DNA of 64,000 bases. Source: Candidatus Cloacimonadales bacterium. Its GTDB lineage: Bacteria; Cloacimonadota; Cloacimonadia; Cloacimonadales; JAIOQZ01. The notes beneath the pieces are model-generated. The model saw only the letters and a list, made by a program, of their open reading frames with translations. It was not told where the DNA came from and did no database searches. Both the position numbers and the translations under genes were made by a program. The stretch covers positions 480,001-544,000 of the forward strand of contig OY771587.1 in assembly GCA_963674825.1 (NCBI GenBank), given 5' to 3'. Positions 9,447 through 19,697 of the stretch are shown here, piece after piece; position 1 is the first letter of the stretch; each line of letters opens with the position of its first letter.

Positions 9447-9480
9447 GAAAAGAGAAACAGCCCGGTTGACCCGGGCTGTC
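9447..9480 (-). terminator. Intrinsic terminator after serC
   Basis: Minus strand GACAGCCCGGG-TCAA-CCGGGCTGTTTCTCTTTT. Confidence 0.7.
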
Positions 9481-9492
9481 CATATAAGTTGG

Positions 9493-10575
9493 TTAGCCGT
9501 TGTTCTTTTCGAATTCGATCATGAAATCTCTGAGCTGCTGGCAAGCCTCGATCGGGAGTGCATTGTATGTCGATGCGCGGCATCCGCCGACATCGCGATG
9601 ACCCTTGAGGTTGCTCATTCCAGCCGCCGCGCTTTCGGCGATAAACTTCTTCTCGAGATCTTCGGACGGAAGACGGAAGACGATGTTCATCAGCGAGCGA
9701 TCTTCCGGGTTCACCGGTGAGCGGTAGAATTCGGAGTTATCGATCACGTCGTAGATCAGTCCGGCTTTCTTGATGTTGTGCTGTTCAACTGCCACCAGTC
9801 CGCCGTTGTCTTCGATCCACTTGAGCATGAGACCGACGATATAGATCGGGAAGCAGGGAGGTGTGTTGAACATTGAGCCCTTATCGGCATGGGTCTTGTA
9901 GGAAAGCATGGTGGGAAGCCCGGAGTTGAGCTTTTCGAGCATGTCTTTGCGGATCACGACCATGGTCACGCCAGCAGGACCAATATTTTTCTGAGCGCCT
10001 GCATAGATGAGCGCGTGCTTATTGAACGGCAGCGGCTTGCTCAGGAAGTTCGAGGACATATCCGAGATGAGCGGGATGTCGCCAACTTCGGGGGTATATT
10101 TATATTCTGTACCCATGATGGTGTTGTTGGTAGTATAATGAAGATACGCGGGATTCGCCGAGAGGGTGAATTCCTTCGGAATGTACGTGAAACTTTTGTC
10201 TTCAGATGTAGCGGCTACATTGCAGCCCTTACCGATCTTCTTACATTCCTTGATGGCCTTTGTTGACCATACGCCAGTGTTGATGTAGTTCGCCTCTTTC
10301 CCATCCGGGCAGAGGTTCATGGGCAGCATCAGGAATTGCATGCTGGCACCGCCGCCAAGGAACAGGACTTCGTAGTCGTCACCCAGTTCCATGATGCGTT
10401 TTGCGCGATCCATTGCATCGTCGATGATTCCCTGATATACTTTACTGCGATGGCTCATCTCCATAACGGAAAGCCCGTGGCCCTTATAATTGAGTAAATT
10501 CTCCTGCGCTTCGAGCAGCACTGATTCCGGTAATACCGCCGGTCCGGCGCTGAAATTCGCGATTCTGCCTTTCAT
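9493..10575 (-). CDS. serC: Phosphoserine aminotransferase
   Basis: NFSAGPAVLP, EMSHRS, DMSS, YAGAQKNIGPAG (PLP Lys), NTPP, GHRDVGGCRAS; ATG 10575 after GGAGGA. Confidence 0.97.
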   Translation of the reverse strand: MKGRIANFSAGPAVLPESVLLEAQENLLNYKGHGLSVMEMSHRSKVYQGIIDDAMDRAKRIMELGDDYEVLFLGGGASMQFLMLPMNLCPDGKEANYINTGVWSTKAIKECKKIGKGCNVAATSEDKSFTYIPKEFTLSANPAYLHYTTNNTIMGTEYKYTPEVGDIPLISDMSSNFLSKPLPFNKHALIYAGAQKNIGPAGVTMVVIRKDMLEKLNSGLPTMLSYKTHADKGSMFNTPPCFPIYIVGLMLKWIEDNGGLVAVEQHNIKKAGLIYDVIDNSEFYRSPVNPEDRSLMNIVFRLPSEDLEKKFIAESAAAGMSNLKGHRDVGGCRASTYNALPIEACQQLRDFMIEFEKNNG

Positions 10576-10713
10576 CAATCCTCCTGAATCGGTTTTCTTT
10601 GAAATCCGTTGATCTAACCTGCGTAGCTCACAATGCAATCGCAGCATTTATGCTGAATTTTTCCCTGCTGTGATTCCACGCAAGTTATTTTTTTGTCTCA
10701 CCCCTAATTATCT

Positions 10714-11205
10714 TTATGTCATATTCTCTCGTGAAAATCTGTGGTCGCTTCGGTGCTTTCTCGCCTCGATAGCCTTCTTGTCCAGCCATCCTGTTTTCAC
10801 TTCCTCAGCCGATTCGAAATCAGGAACATAGGGCTTGATATCCAGCAGCGGTGTATCATCCAACATATCCGCGCCGTCGAACACGATGCGATTACCATCA
10901 ATGGAAATGAGCTTTACCAGCGAGAGCCCGATCGGGTTCGGTCTGCTGGGAGCTCTTGTAGAAAAAACGCCACGTGTTGTATTATCCAGGAATGGTTTGA
11001 CCAGAAGCTTGCTGTGCTCCATGCGGTGAAAGTGGTATAGCAGGTAGATGTGCGAGAATCCGTCGAGGTCTTTCAGGCCATCAACATATTGCTCATACAC
11101 GATGATCTCACCCTGTGCTCCAGCTGCTCCAACGGGCTGGATTGGCATCCCTTCGGGTTGCCGGTGAGGTGTGTGAATAACTCCGATTGGCTCGAACGTG
11201 ATCAC
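10714..11205 (-). CDS. tsaA: tRNA (t6A37)-N6-methyltransferase TrmO/TsaA
   Basis: LDGFSHIYLLYHFH, GVFSTRAPSRPNPIGLS, DDTPLLDIKPY. Confidence 0.92.
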   Translation of the reverse strand: MITFEPIGVIHTPHRQPEGMPIQPVGAAGAQGEIIVYEQYVDGLKDLDGFSHIYLLYHFHRMEHSKLLVKPFLDNTTRGVFSTRAPSRPNPIGLSLVKLISIDGNRIVFDGADMLDDTPLLDIKPYVPDFESAEEVKTGWLDKKAIEARKHRSDHRFSRENMT

Positions 11206-12392
11206 TTGCCGCTATATTTCCTGACCTTCAAGAATGTTATATCATCCGGTACATGTTCGCCGCTGATGTCAAATTTACCAACAAGCTCTTCCAGCGTAAG
11301 ATCAAGGCTTTGCATCTGTGCGAGCAGGTAATCGTTTTTTTCCTGTGGTGTGGGATAATCCAGCAGATCGAGAATTCCGTCTGAAACCAGATAGAGTGCG
11401 AATTCATCGGCGAGCGGGATCTCGACATCCTCATACTGAGTAAAATCGAAAACGCCGATCGGGAAACTCTTCTGTGGAATAAACTTACATTTGCCATCAA
11501 ACATGATCGGGAAAGGATATTGCCCGCCGTTCGCGCAGAGCATTGTCTGCTTTTCGGTATCGATCACACCGAAGAAAATGGTGAGAAATTTATCGATCTT
11601 CTGGTAGAGTATTTCTTCGTTGAGTTCCTTGAGTATCTTCGAGGGACTCAGGATGGTCTGGTCGCCTTCATCAGCGAATTCTCGCAACTGACGAGACATG
11701 AAGCTCTTCAGAAGAACCGTCACGAATGCAGAGGACACGCCGTGACCTGAAACGTCTGCAATATAGAAGCCGATGTGTGTATCGTCGATCGCAAAATAAT
11801 CCAGGAAATCGCCGCTGAGGAAAGTCGATGGAATCAGGTGCCGGCTGAATTCGTAGTCGCCGAACATCTGGATTTCCAGCGGAAGAAGCTGAAACTGGAT
11901 CCTTCTGCCGGATTTCTCGTCTTCTTCCAGCTTATAGATCATATCGTTCAGTTCCTGATTTGCTTTGATCAGGTGTTCGCGTTGCATGCGGTTGTCCCGA
12001 AGGAGGTGTGCACGCTCGAACGATCGTTCCAGCGAGTGCTGGAATATATCGAGCTTCGATACAGGCTTGAGGATGTAATCCCAGGCCCCCTGCCTGATCG
12101 CCTTGACCACCTCTTGAACATCGTTCAGGCCGGAAACAGCGATAATCGGAATTTCAGGGTACTTTTGGCTCACTTGAGCAATTACCTGGAATCCGTTCAC
12201 TTCCGGCATCATGAGGTCAACCAGAATCATATCAACGGATTCGTGTTTCAACGTCTCCAGCGCGATACCGCCGTGAGACGCTTCAAGTGTCTCGTAACCA
12301 AGCCTGTTTAGAATCGTGCACAGCGTATAGCGTACGATTTCCTCATCTTCGGTTACAAGAATCCTCTTTTTAATGTCGCTTTTCTGCATCAT
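11202..12392 (-). CDS. Response regulator with SpoIIE/PP2C phosphatase output
   Basis: N-terminal REC (VTEDEE, DLMMP, YILKP), coiled linker, then SGDFLDY, IADVSGHGVSSA, VSDG and DDIT PP2C motifs. Confidence 0.9.
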   Translation of the reverse strand: MMQKSDIKKRILVTEDEEIVRYTLCTILNRLGYETLEASHGGIALETLKHESVDMILVDLMMPEVNGFQVIAQVSQKYPEIPIIAVSGLNDVQEVVKAIRQGAWDYILKPVSKLDIFQHSLERSFERAHLLRDNRMQREHLIKANQELNDMIYKLEEDEKSGRRIQFQLLPLEIQMFGDYEFSRHLIPSTFLSGDFLDYFAIDDTHIGFYIADVSGHGVSSAFVTVLLKSFMSRQLREFADEGDQTILSPSKILKELNEEILYQKIDKFLTIFFGVIDTEKQTMLCANGGQYPFPIMFDGKCKFIPQKSFPIGVFDFTQYEDVEIPLADEFALYLVSDGILDLLDYPTPQEKNDYLLAQMQSLDLTLEELVGKFDISGEHVPDDITFLKVRKYSGK

Positions 12393-12498
12393 ATTTCCTG
12401 AATCACCCACTCGTTAGTGTTTGCTTAAAATGTCTCAAATACCTACACGTTTACATTTGCATCAAATCAACGATATATCGCTTAACCTGTCAACTTTT

Positions 12499-15400
12499 TC
12501 ATGATTCTTCAACCGAAATCTCATTCTTTTCCTGAACAGCGATCACTCTTTTAAGTACAGAGCCGAGTTCTTCGATCCTGTATGGTTTGGGTATCACATC
12601 CAGAAAACCATATTTTTTATAGGTTTCGATTTTCAATTCGTTGCTGTATCCGCTTGACGCAATTGCTCTTACATTGGGGTCGATCTCGCGTAATTGAACA
12701 ACGCATTCCTTTCCACCCATAGCGCCGGGAACCGTCAGGTCCAGAATTACCGCCGCATAGGGATTCTTCTCATTCAGCGATTGTCTGTATTTCTCAATTG
12801 CAACTTCACCATGATCGGCAAATTCGGCCTGGTAATTGAGAAATTCCAGGAAATTTCCTAAAGAATCCTGCACGATCATGTCGTCGTCCATTACCAGGAT
12901 CCGCTCCCGATTTCCTTGATAGTTCTGCGTAATGTAGTTCCGCGATGCCGAAACGCCATCGATAACAGGTAGATAGATATCGAATCGAGCTCCTTCGCCA
13001 AGATGAGAGTCGAGTAAGATATGTCCACGATGACGCTTAATGATGGAATAAGTCATTGCGAGCCCTAAACCATTGCCTTCGGACTTGGTCGTGAAATACG
13101 GGTCGAAGATTTTATCCTGAATCTCCTGAGGAATTCCGGGCCCGTTATCCTCGATAGTAAGCCGCACATACGAACCAGCCTCCAACGAAACAATCTGGTC
13201 TTCCTTCACGGTCACGTTCACGGCAGAAACCTTTATAATACCGCCATTCTTCATTGCTTGAACAGCATTGATCGTGAGGTTGTTGATTACCTGGCTGATC
13301 TGACCGGGATCGACATTGACCTGATTTAAATCTGCATCAAACTCCATCTCGCTTCGCACACTTGATCCACTGAGTACGAACGTCATCGTCTCTTCAACGA
13401 TATTCCGAAGATCGGTCGATTGCTTGATCGGATCGCCACCCTTGGAAAATGTGAGTAGTTGATGCGTCAGGTCACGCGCCTGAAGTGCTGCTTTTTCAGC
13501 GTTCGTTATCTTCTCGATAACATTGGAAGAATCTTTCGCGTAAATTTTCGCCAGCGAGATATTACCGATAATGGCTGTTAGGATGTTGTTGAAATCATGC
13601 GCGATACCACCCGCCAGAAGGGTCAGTGTCTCCATCTTCTGCATCCTGGTTATCTCGCGTTCAATATAGTGTTTGTCTGTGATGTCGCGGAATACGAGCA
13701 CAATACCGATTGTGTTTCCTTCATGGTCCCGAATTGGCGCACCGCTATCCGCAATCAGCCTCTCGGTTCCGTCGGCTGAGATCAATAATGTGTGATCGGG
13801 TAGCTCGATGATCTTGCCCGATTTCAGAACATCCATCACCGGGTTTACGGTCTTCATGCGCGTGGTTTCATGCACAACATTGAAAATCTGCGTCAATGGC
13901 TTGCCAATCGCATCCGCGAACGTCCATCCAGTCAGTTCGGACGCCACTTTATTAATCAGCGTGACATTTCCGTTGATGTCTGTCGCGATCACAGCGTCAC
14001 CGATACTCGAAAGCATGACGGACAGGTGCTCTTTTTCAGCTGCGAGCTCTCGTTCGGCTCGTTTCTGCCTTGAAATATCCTGTACCGCGACAATGAGCTG
14101 CTCCTGGTCATCCAGTCGGACTCTATTTCCAGCCGATATCACAGGAATGCGTTCACCATTCTTCCTTTGATTCTCGAACTCGGCGATGAACCAACCCAGC
14201 GATTTCACATCATGGGCATAATTCATCATTTCCTCGATCCGGTCCGGAGGCAGCAGACTCGCAACATTTTTCCCGATCAGCTCTTCGCGCGTATATCCCG
14301 TCATCGTCAGAGCAACTTGATTACAATCGAGAATTGTGCCGTCGATCGATTCCTGATAGAGGGCAACCGGAGTCGCTTCGAAGATCATCTTGAATTTATC
14401 CTGGTTTTCCTTCAGCTCGCGCTCGACAGCCTTACGTTTCGAGATATCGCCATAAATACCGAACACGCCAATCTGCTTGTCACTCATGTAGATCGGGTAA
14501 CCCAACACCGATACTTCGACCATAGTGCCGTCTTTTCTCATACGCTGCGTGTCTTTCTGAATCGACTTATGGTTGAGAACCACTTGTGAGATAGCGGTTG
14601 CATCTTTGTGTAAATCCTCAGGTACGATCAGAGAGTTGATCGTGCGGCCTACACATTCGGAAGCTTCATACTGGAAAAGGTGCGTAAAGCTGGCATTCAC
14701 TGACAGAATCTCATCGTGATTGTTCACGATGATGATCGCTTCGGGTGAGTTTTCGAAAAGCTGCTCGAAATATGCCTTCTGTACCTCGAGCTCGTTCTGC
14801 TTTGTTTTAATCTCGGTGATATCCGTGGTTATCGCGTAAAAGCCCTGGATCAGCCCATTCATATCGTAAATCGGGTTGATCGAAACCACTACAGCTATTT
14901 CTTTCGAATCGCGCGTTACCAGCTTGGTCTCGAAGCTGGCAGATTGTATCGCGGAACCATCCGTTGTTATGTACTTCTTCAGATCTGTTGGATCTTTATC
15001 CGCACAGAAATCGAAGAAGGTATAATTATAAACATCCTTCTGTTCGATCCCACTCATAAGACAAAAGCGTTCGTTTGCATACTGTATTTTACCATCCTGC
15101 CGGATCATCACAAAACCTTCGTTCATCGCCTCGATGATCTGCTCAAAACGAACCTGGCTCTCATAGGTCTGCTTTTCGGCTTGCTGGCGATATTCTCGTT
15201 CAGACTGAAGCTCTCGATCACGTTCGAATAACGTTTTCATCTTGGCTCGAATCTGCCTTCGGGTGAAGATTAAAAGCGCAATAGACACCAGAACAACAAG
15301 TATTAGTATATACTGGAGTATCGTGAGTTTGAGGACCTTCGTCGTATCTTGTGAGGGCATTGTTGCTGGAGTGATATTGAACCACTTGTTCATCGAGATG

Positions 15401-16110
15401 TGATAAGCTGACTTCGGGTCAGCTTTCATCACCGTAAGATGCCTGTCGATCGCCTTCAACAGGTCGTTGTTTGTCCCCTTTCGGCTGGCAAAACGAAGTT
15501 CGATCGGCTTGAAAATGATGCCTGTGGGACGAATATCGAACCGTTTCTCGTGAATCCTGCCGTAAAATCGAGCAACCACACCGGCTTCTGCAGCACCCGA
15601 TTCAATCTTCTGGAGTACGTCTTCATAATCTTCCGAGAGGACGAATTCTGCCTTGATCTCGAATTTCTCGAGTTTCAGTTTCAAATCTTCGTAGTAAATA
15701 TCGTCGGCAACATACGCGATACGAACGTTCTCCAGATCGAGAATCGATGAAATTTCCGAATCCTCGCGAATGTAGATCCGGCCCCAATTCGTCAGGACAG
15801 ATTGCGCGTTGTAGTCGTATCGCTGCGCTCGTGCATCCGTGTAAGCAATTGCCACCATCAGATCGACCCATCCCTGTTCGAGCAGATCGAGACATTCAGT
15901 AAATGAACCGCCGACAAAGATCAACGACCAGCCTTCCTGACTGGCAATGTCATTCAGAACATCAATGTATAGCCCTTCGATTTCGCCTTCGTCGTTTGTA
16001 AATACAAGTGGGTTGTTCTCGTAGATCGCGACCCGCACGATTGTTTCGGCATGAAGCGTCATCAATGATAGCACAAGAAGCGCTATCATGACCCAAAAAG
16101 TCTTTCTCAT
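12499..16110 (-). CDS. Hybrid sensor histidine kinase (SBP-family-3 sensor, TM, four PAS/PAC, HisKA, HATPase, REC)
   Basis: Signal peptide; periplasmic binding fold; repeated PAS/PAC ending DIT/DIS; LAGGIAHDFNNIL H-box; FDPYFTTK...GLGL; C-terminal REC. Confidence 0.93.
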   Translation of the reverse strand: MRKTFWVMIALLVLSLMTLHAETIVRVAIYENNPLVFTNDEGEIEGLYIDVLNDIASQEGWSLIFVGGSFTECLDLLEQGWVDLMVAIAYTDARAQRYDYNAQSVLTNWGRIYIREDSEISSILDLENVRIAYVADDIYYEDLKLKLEKFEIKAEFVLSEDYEDVLQKIESGAAEAGVVARFYGRIHEKRFDIRPTGIIFKPIELRFASRKGTNNDLLKAIDRHLTVMKADPKSAYHISMNKWFNITPATMPSQDTTKVLKLTILQYILILVVLVSIALLIFTRRQIRAKMKTLFERDRELQSEREYRQQAEKQTYESQVRFEQIIEAMNEGFVMIRQDGKIQYANERFCLMSGIEQKDVYNYTFFDFCADKDPTDLKKYITTDGSAIQSASFETKLVTRDSKEIAVVVSINPIYDMNGLIQGFYAITTDITEIKTKQNELEVQKAYFEQLFENSPEAIIIVNNHDEILSVNASFTHLFQYEASECVGRTINSLIVPEDLHKDATAISQVVLNHKSIQKDTQRMRKDGTMVEVSVLGYPIYMSDKQIGVFGIYGDISKRKAVERELKENQDKFKMIFEATPVALYQESIDGTILDCNQVALTMTGYTREELIGKNVASLLPPDRIEEMMNYAHDVKSLGWFIAEFENQRKNGERIPVISAGNRVRLDDQEQLIVAVQDISRQKRAERELAAEKEHLSVMLSSIGDAVIATDINGNVTLINKVASELTGWTFADAIGKPLTQIFNVVHETTRMKTVNPVMDVLKSGKIIELPDHTLLISADGTERLIADSGAPIRDHEGNTIGIVLVFRDITDKHYIEREITRMQKMETLTLLAGGIAHDFNNILTAIIGNISLAKIYAKDSSNVIEKITNAEKAALQARDLTHQLLTFSKGGDPIKQSTDLRNIVEETMTFVLSGSSVRSEMEFDADLNQVNVDPGQISQVINNLTINAVQAMKNGGIIKVSAVNVTVKEDQIVSLEAGSYVRLTIEDNGPGIPQEIQDKIFDPYFTTKSEGNGLGLAMTYSIIKRHRGHILLDSHLGEGARFDIYLPVIDGVSASRNYITQNYQGNRERILVMDDDMIVQDSLGNFLEFLNYQAEFADHGEVAIEKYRQSLNEKNPYAAVILDLTVPGAMGGKECVVQLREIDPNVRAIASSGYSNELKIETYKKYGFLDVIPKPYRIEELGSVLKRVIAVQEKNEISVEES

Positions 16111-16194
16111 AGCCTGTCGCTTGCTTTTGGTTATGTGAAATCGAGAAAACTATCGACAATATATCGTAGCCCCAACAACTGCAAATCGAGGCAT

Positions 16195-17133
16195 TTACTC
16201 CATTATCTTGTAGAACGTTCCACGCTCGAGTACCTGTGTATCGACCCGGTGGTCTCGAACCATTTGTTTCAGCTCGCCTAATAGATCTTTTTCTGCTACA
16301 CCGAGCGCTGCCGAGATATCTTCCGCTGTGCAGGGGCGCCGACGAATCATAGCGAGAATTCTGTCTGCAAGGTCCGCAGCCTTATCAGCATAATGATCGA
16401 CAAGCGAGAACCGCGCGATGATCTCCACCGGCAGATCCTTCCACATCTCCGCGATACGCTTCATCTCATCTTGAGGCATCGGGTGAACCCATTCGACTGC
16501 ACCAGGACGATCCAGCGTGTTAAGTTGAACCCGACCTGGTTTGATCCTGAGAATCGCTTCATGGAGACGTTCGAGCTCCTCCGGCGAGTCGTTGATTCCG
16601 TGCAGAAGAAAGACCTCCAGCCAGATATCGCCTTCGAATTCGCTGCTGAACGCCACCAGCCCTTCGATCACATCTTCGATCTGTACACCCGGCGCTGGAC
16701 GATTGATCCTGAGAAAAACATCTTGCGATGCAGCATCCAGTGATGGAAGCACCAGATTGCATTTCGCGATGTCCTTCCGCACGCTCGCATCGGTCATGTT
16801 GAGCGAATTTGTCAGCAAAGCCAGCGGATATTGCGGATAATGCGAACGGATATAATCAGCGATACGTCCAAATCCCACATGCAATGTTGGCTCACCTGCA
16901 CCGGAGAATGTGATGATATCGAGCTTGGGAGAGCCGGACAGATATTGATCGATCTCATGAATAATCGAATCGGTGGGATACCATTCCCTGCGCTCTGTCG
17001 TGAGCGTAAGGGTTCTTCCAGCTTCGCAGTACATGCAATTCAGGTTGCATGTCTTGTGAGGGATCAGATCGACGCCGAGTGACATCCCGAGACGCCTCGA
17101 CGGGACTGGTCCGAAAAGGTATTTGTATTTCAT
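16195..17133 (-). CDS. Radical SAM protein (Tyw1-related Fe-S oxidoreductase group)
   Basis: FGPVPSRRLGMSLGVD, CNLNCMYC, TFSGAGEPTL. Confidence 0.88.
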   Translation of the reverse strand: MKYKYLFGPVPSRRLGMSLGVDLIPHKTCNLNCMYCEAGRTLTLTTERREWYPTDSIIHEIDQYLSGSPKLDIITFSGAGEPTLHVGFGRIADYIRSHYPQYPLALLTNSLNMTDASVRKDIAKCNLVLPSLDAASQDVFLRINRPAPGVQIEDVIEGLVAFSSEFEGDIWLEVFLLHGINDSPEELERLHEAILRIKPGRVQLNTLDRPGAVEWVHPMPQDEMKRIAEMWKDLPVEIIARFSLVDHYADKAADLADRILAMIRRRPCTAEDISAALGVAEKDLLGELKQMVRDHRVDTQVLERGTFYKIME

Positions 17134-17178
17134 AATCGTATTCTTGGAGGGAGCCGAAGCCCCCTCCCATATCGTTGT

Positions 17179-18531
17179 TTAGCTGAATTTCGCGATGCGT
17201 TCCTCGACCAGCTTTTGGATTTCTTCCAAGCGCTGCTCTGTCTCCGCTTCGAACCTCATGACAAGCACCGGCTGCGTGTTGGACGCGCGAACCAGTCCCC
17301 ACCCATCCGAATACGTAACGCGCATTCCGTCGATATCGTTGACGTTCGCGCCTTCTTCGATGAAGGAGTCACGCACTTTATCGACTACCTCAAACTTGGT
17401 CTCGTCCGGGCATTCCACGCGGATTTCGGGTGTGTTGAACATCTTAGGCTGATCGGCCAGGAACTGGCTGACCGGCATATCGGCTTTTGCCATGATTTCC
17501 ACAAATCGGCAGCACGCATAGATGGCATCGTCGTATCCGAAATAGCGATCCGCGAAGAAGATATGGCCGCTCATCTCACCGCCCATGCGGACGTTGTCTT
17601 CTTTCATTTTCTTCTTGATCATCGAGTGACCCGTCTTGTACATGATGGGCTTTCCGCCATGCTTGGCGATGTCATCGTAGAAGTTCTTGGAGCATTTAAC
17701 GTCACCCACAACCATCTCGCCAGGATAGTTTTTCAGGAAATCGCGCGCGAAAATATTGAGAATCTGGTCGCCATAAACGGGATGTCCGTTCTCATCGACA
17801 ACGCCGATACGGTCAGCGTCGCCATCCAGGCCAAGACCGACTTCCGCGTCGGTGGTTTTCACCTCGTGGATAAGATCCTGGATGTATTCGATCACGGTGG
17901 GATCGGGATGGTGATTCGGGAAAGTTCCGTCCATCTCGCAATATAGCTCTTTGACTTCGCATCCAAGTCTGCGTAGAATATCGGGGAGAATCGGTCCGCC
18001 TGCGCCGTTACCGGCATCGACCACGACCTTTACCTTGCGGTCGATTTTCAAGTTCGCCACCAGGTAGTCCTGATAGATGGGGATGATTCCCTCGAAGACC
18101 TTCTTTGTGCCCTTGCCTTCGGTGAATTCCTGCTTCTGGATAATGTGCATGATTTTCTGGATCTCTTCACCGTAAATGCTCATCAGGCCGATATTGAGCT
18201 TGAAACCGTTGTATTCGGGCGGATTATGGCTACCGGTGATCATCACGCCTGCGTCGGCTTCCTGATGATGGATCGAGTAGTAGAGAACCGGTGTCGCGAG
18301 GATACCCATGTCCGTTACATCGCAACCACATTCGAGAAGCCCGGCGGTGAAACGTTCCTTGAAACGCGGTGAGCTGAGCCTTGCATCGCCGCCGATAACG
18401 ACTGTCTTCAGGCTGTGACGGCGAAGATATGTACCGAAACCGCGTCCAAGCAGAAAGACGGTATCGTCAGTCAGATCTTTGTCAACGATTCCACGAATGT
18501 CGTATTGGCGGAAAATTTGAGGATTGATCAT
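17179..18531 (-). CDS. Phosphomannomutase/phosphoglucomutase (AlgC-type)
   Basis: FRQYDIRG, ITGSHNP (phospho-Ser), DGDADR, GEMSGH, LVRASNTQP. Confidence 0.95.
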   Translation of the reverse strand: MINPQIFRQYDIRGIVDKDLTDDTVFLLGRGFGTYLRRHSLKTVVIGGDARLSSPRFKERFTAGLLECGCDVTDMGILATPVLYYSIHHQEADAGVMITGSHNPPEYNGFKLNIGLMSIYGEEIQKIMHIIQKQEFTEGKGTKKVFEGIIPIYQDYLVANLKIDRKVKVVVDAGNGAGGPILPDILRRLGCEVKELYCEMDGTFPNHHPDPTVIEYIQDLIHEVKTTDAEVGLGLDGDADRIGVVDENGHPVYGDQILNIFARDFLKNYPGEMVVGDVKCSKNFYDDIAKHGGKPIMYKTGHSMIKKKMKEDNVRMGGEMSGHIFFADRYFGYDDAIYACCRFVEIMAKADMPVSQFLADQPKMFNTPEIRVECPDETKFEVVDKVRDSFIEEGANVNDIDGMRVTYSDGWGLVRASNTQPVLVMRFEAETEQRLEEIQKLVEERIAKFS

Positions 18532-18560
18532 AAGGCCTCCAATTCGTTTATTTCTAATGT

Positions 18561-19166
18561 TTATTTCGTGTTTATCAATTCATCCAGCAGGGGAAGGATG
18601 TTGCGAAAAGCACGTCCGCGATGGCTGATCTCATGCTTGGCGGCTTCGCCCATTTCGCCGAAGGTTTTCCCCGTCTCGATTGCTTCGAATACTGCATCGT
18701 AGCCAAAGCCGTTCTCGCCTCGTTCTTCTTCGGTGATCAGACCTTCCACGCTACCGGTCGCCGTACCGACAAGTCCCTGAGGACCTGCAAGCGCAACGAC
18801 GGTGCTGAATCGCGCGACGCGATCTTCCTTACCCCTCATTTCGGAGAGCATTTTCAGCCTATTGTCACGGTAACTGCAACCTTCACCCGCGAATCGGGCT
18901 GCCATGACACCAGGTTGGCCATCGAGCGCATCGACAAACAAACCCGTGTCGTCCGAGAGTGTAAGATATCCGGTCGCCTGGGCAATCTCGGTCGCTTTTT
19001 TAATTGCGTTGGCTTCGATGGTGTCCCCATCTTCGATAACGTCCGGGACATTAGGGACGTCGTCCGCGCTGAGGATTTTCACTTGTGGCAGCGACGACAT
19101 GATTTCTTTGATTTCGCGCACCTTGTCACGGTTGTGCGTTCCAAGTAAGACGGTTAATTCATTCAT
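18561..19166 (-). CDS. rdgB: dITP/XTP pyrophosphatase (Ham1/RdgB)
   Basis: THNRDKVREI, DDTGLFVDALDGQPGV, GFGYD, KHEISHRGRA. Confidence 0.95.
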   Translation of the reverse strand: MNELTVLLGTHNRDKVREIKEIMSSLPQVKILSADDVPNVPDVIEDGDTIEANAIKKATEIAQATGYLTLSDDTGLFVDALDGQPGVMAARFAGEGCSYRDNRLKMLSEMRGKEDRVARFSTVVALAGPQGLVGTATGSVEGLITEEERGENGFGYDAVFEAIETGKTFGEMGEAAKHEISHRGRAFRNILPLLDELINTK

Positions 19167-19684
19167 TTATTACTCGCTTTCACGTTTTTATGTATCCAGG
19201 AGCGAATCTTGTCGAGATTCTTTTTGCCGACGAAGCGATAAGCATGCTCAGTAATCTCGCGAATGGAAAGGAGCAGGTTCTTTTCTCCGCTCCAGTGATA
19301 CTCCAACACTTCCGGATCAACATCGTTCAGGATCGTATTCAGCCCGAAAACGACGATCAGAAGATCATCGATATAGCCAATGAACGGGATGAAATCGGGA
19401 ATGATATCGATGGGAAGAATCAGGTAGCCAATGATTGAACCAATGAAGATGCGGAACCGCATCGGAATGCGCTTTTCGGTAAGCAAACGTACGATCAAAA
19501 TCACCAGATCCGGCAACAGAAAGAGATATTCCATGAGTGGATGCTTTTTATCGCCATAGCGTGAAAGCCGCTTGCGTAGTTTCTCGTAGAAACCGAAGAG
19601 CTTCTTCTTGCCACCCGGTACTACTTCTTCCAGTATCTGATCGGTTTCCTGGTTGTCCCAGTTGTTCATATCTTCAGGATTCAT
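19163..19684 (-). CDS. YkvA/DUF1232 family membrane protein
   Basis: YLILPIDIIPDFIPFIGYIDD signature. Confidence 0.88.
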   Translation of the reverse strand: MNPEDMNNWDNQETDQILEEVVPGGKKKLFGFYEKLRKRLSRYGDKKHPLMEYLFLLPDLVILIVRLLTEKRIPMRFRIFIGSIIGYLILPIDIIPDFIPFIGYIDDLLIVVFGLNTILNDVDPEVLEYHWSGEKNLLLSIREITEHAYRFVGKKNLDKIRSWIHKNVKASNK

Positions 19685-19697
19685 GCGTCCCCCTGGA

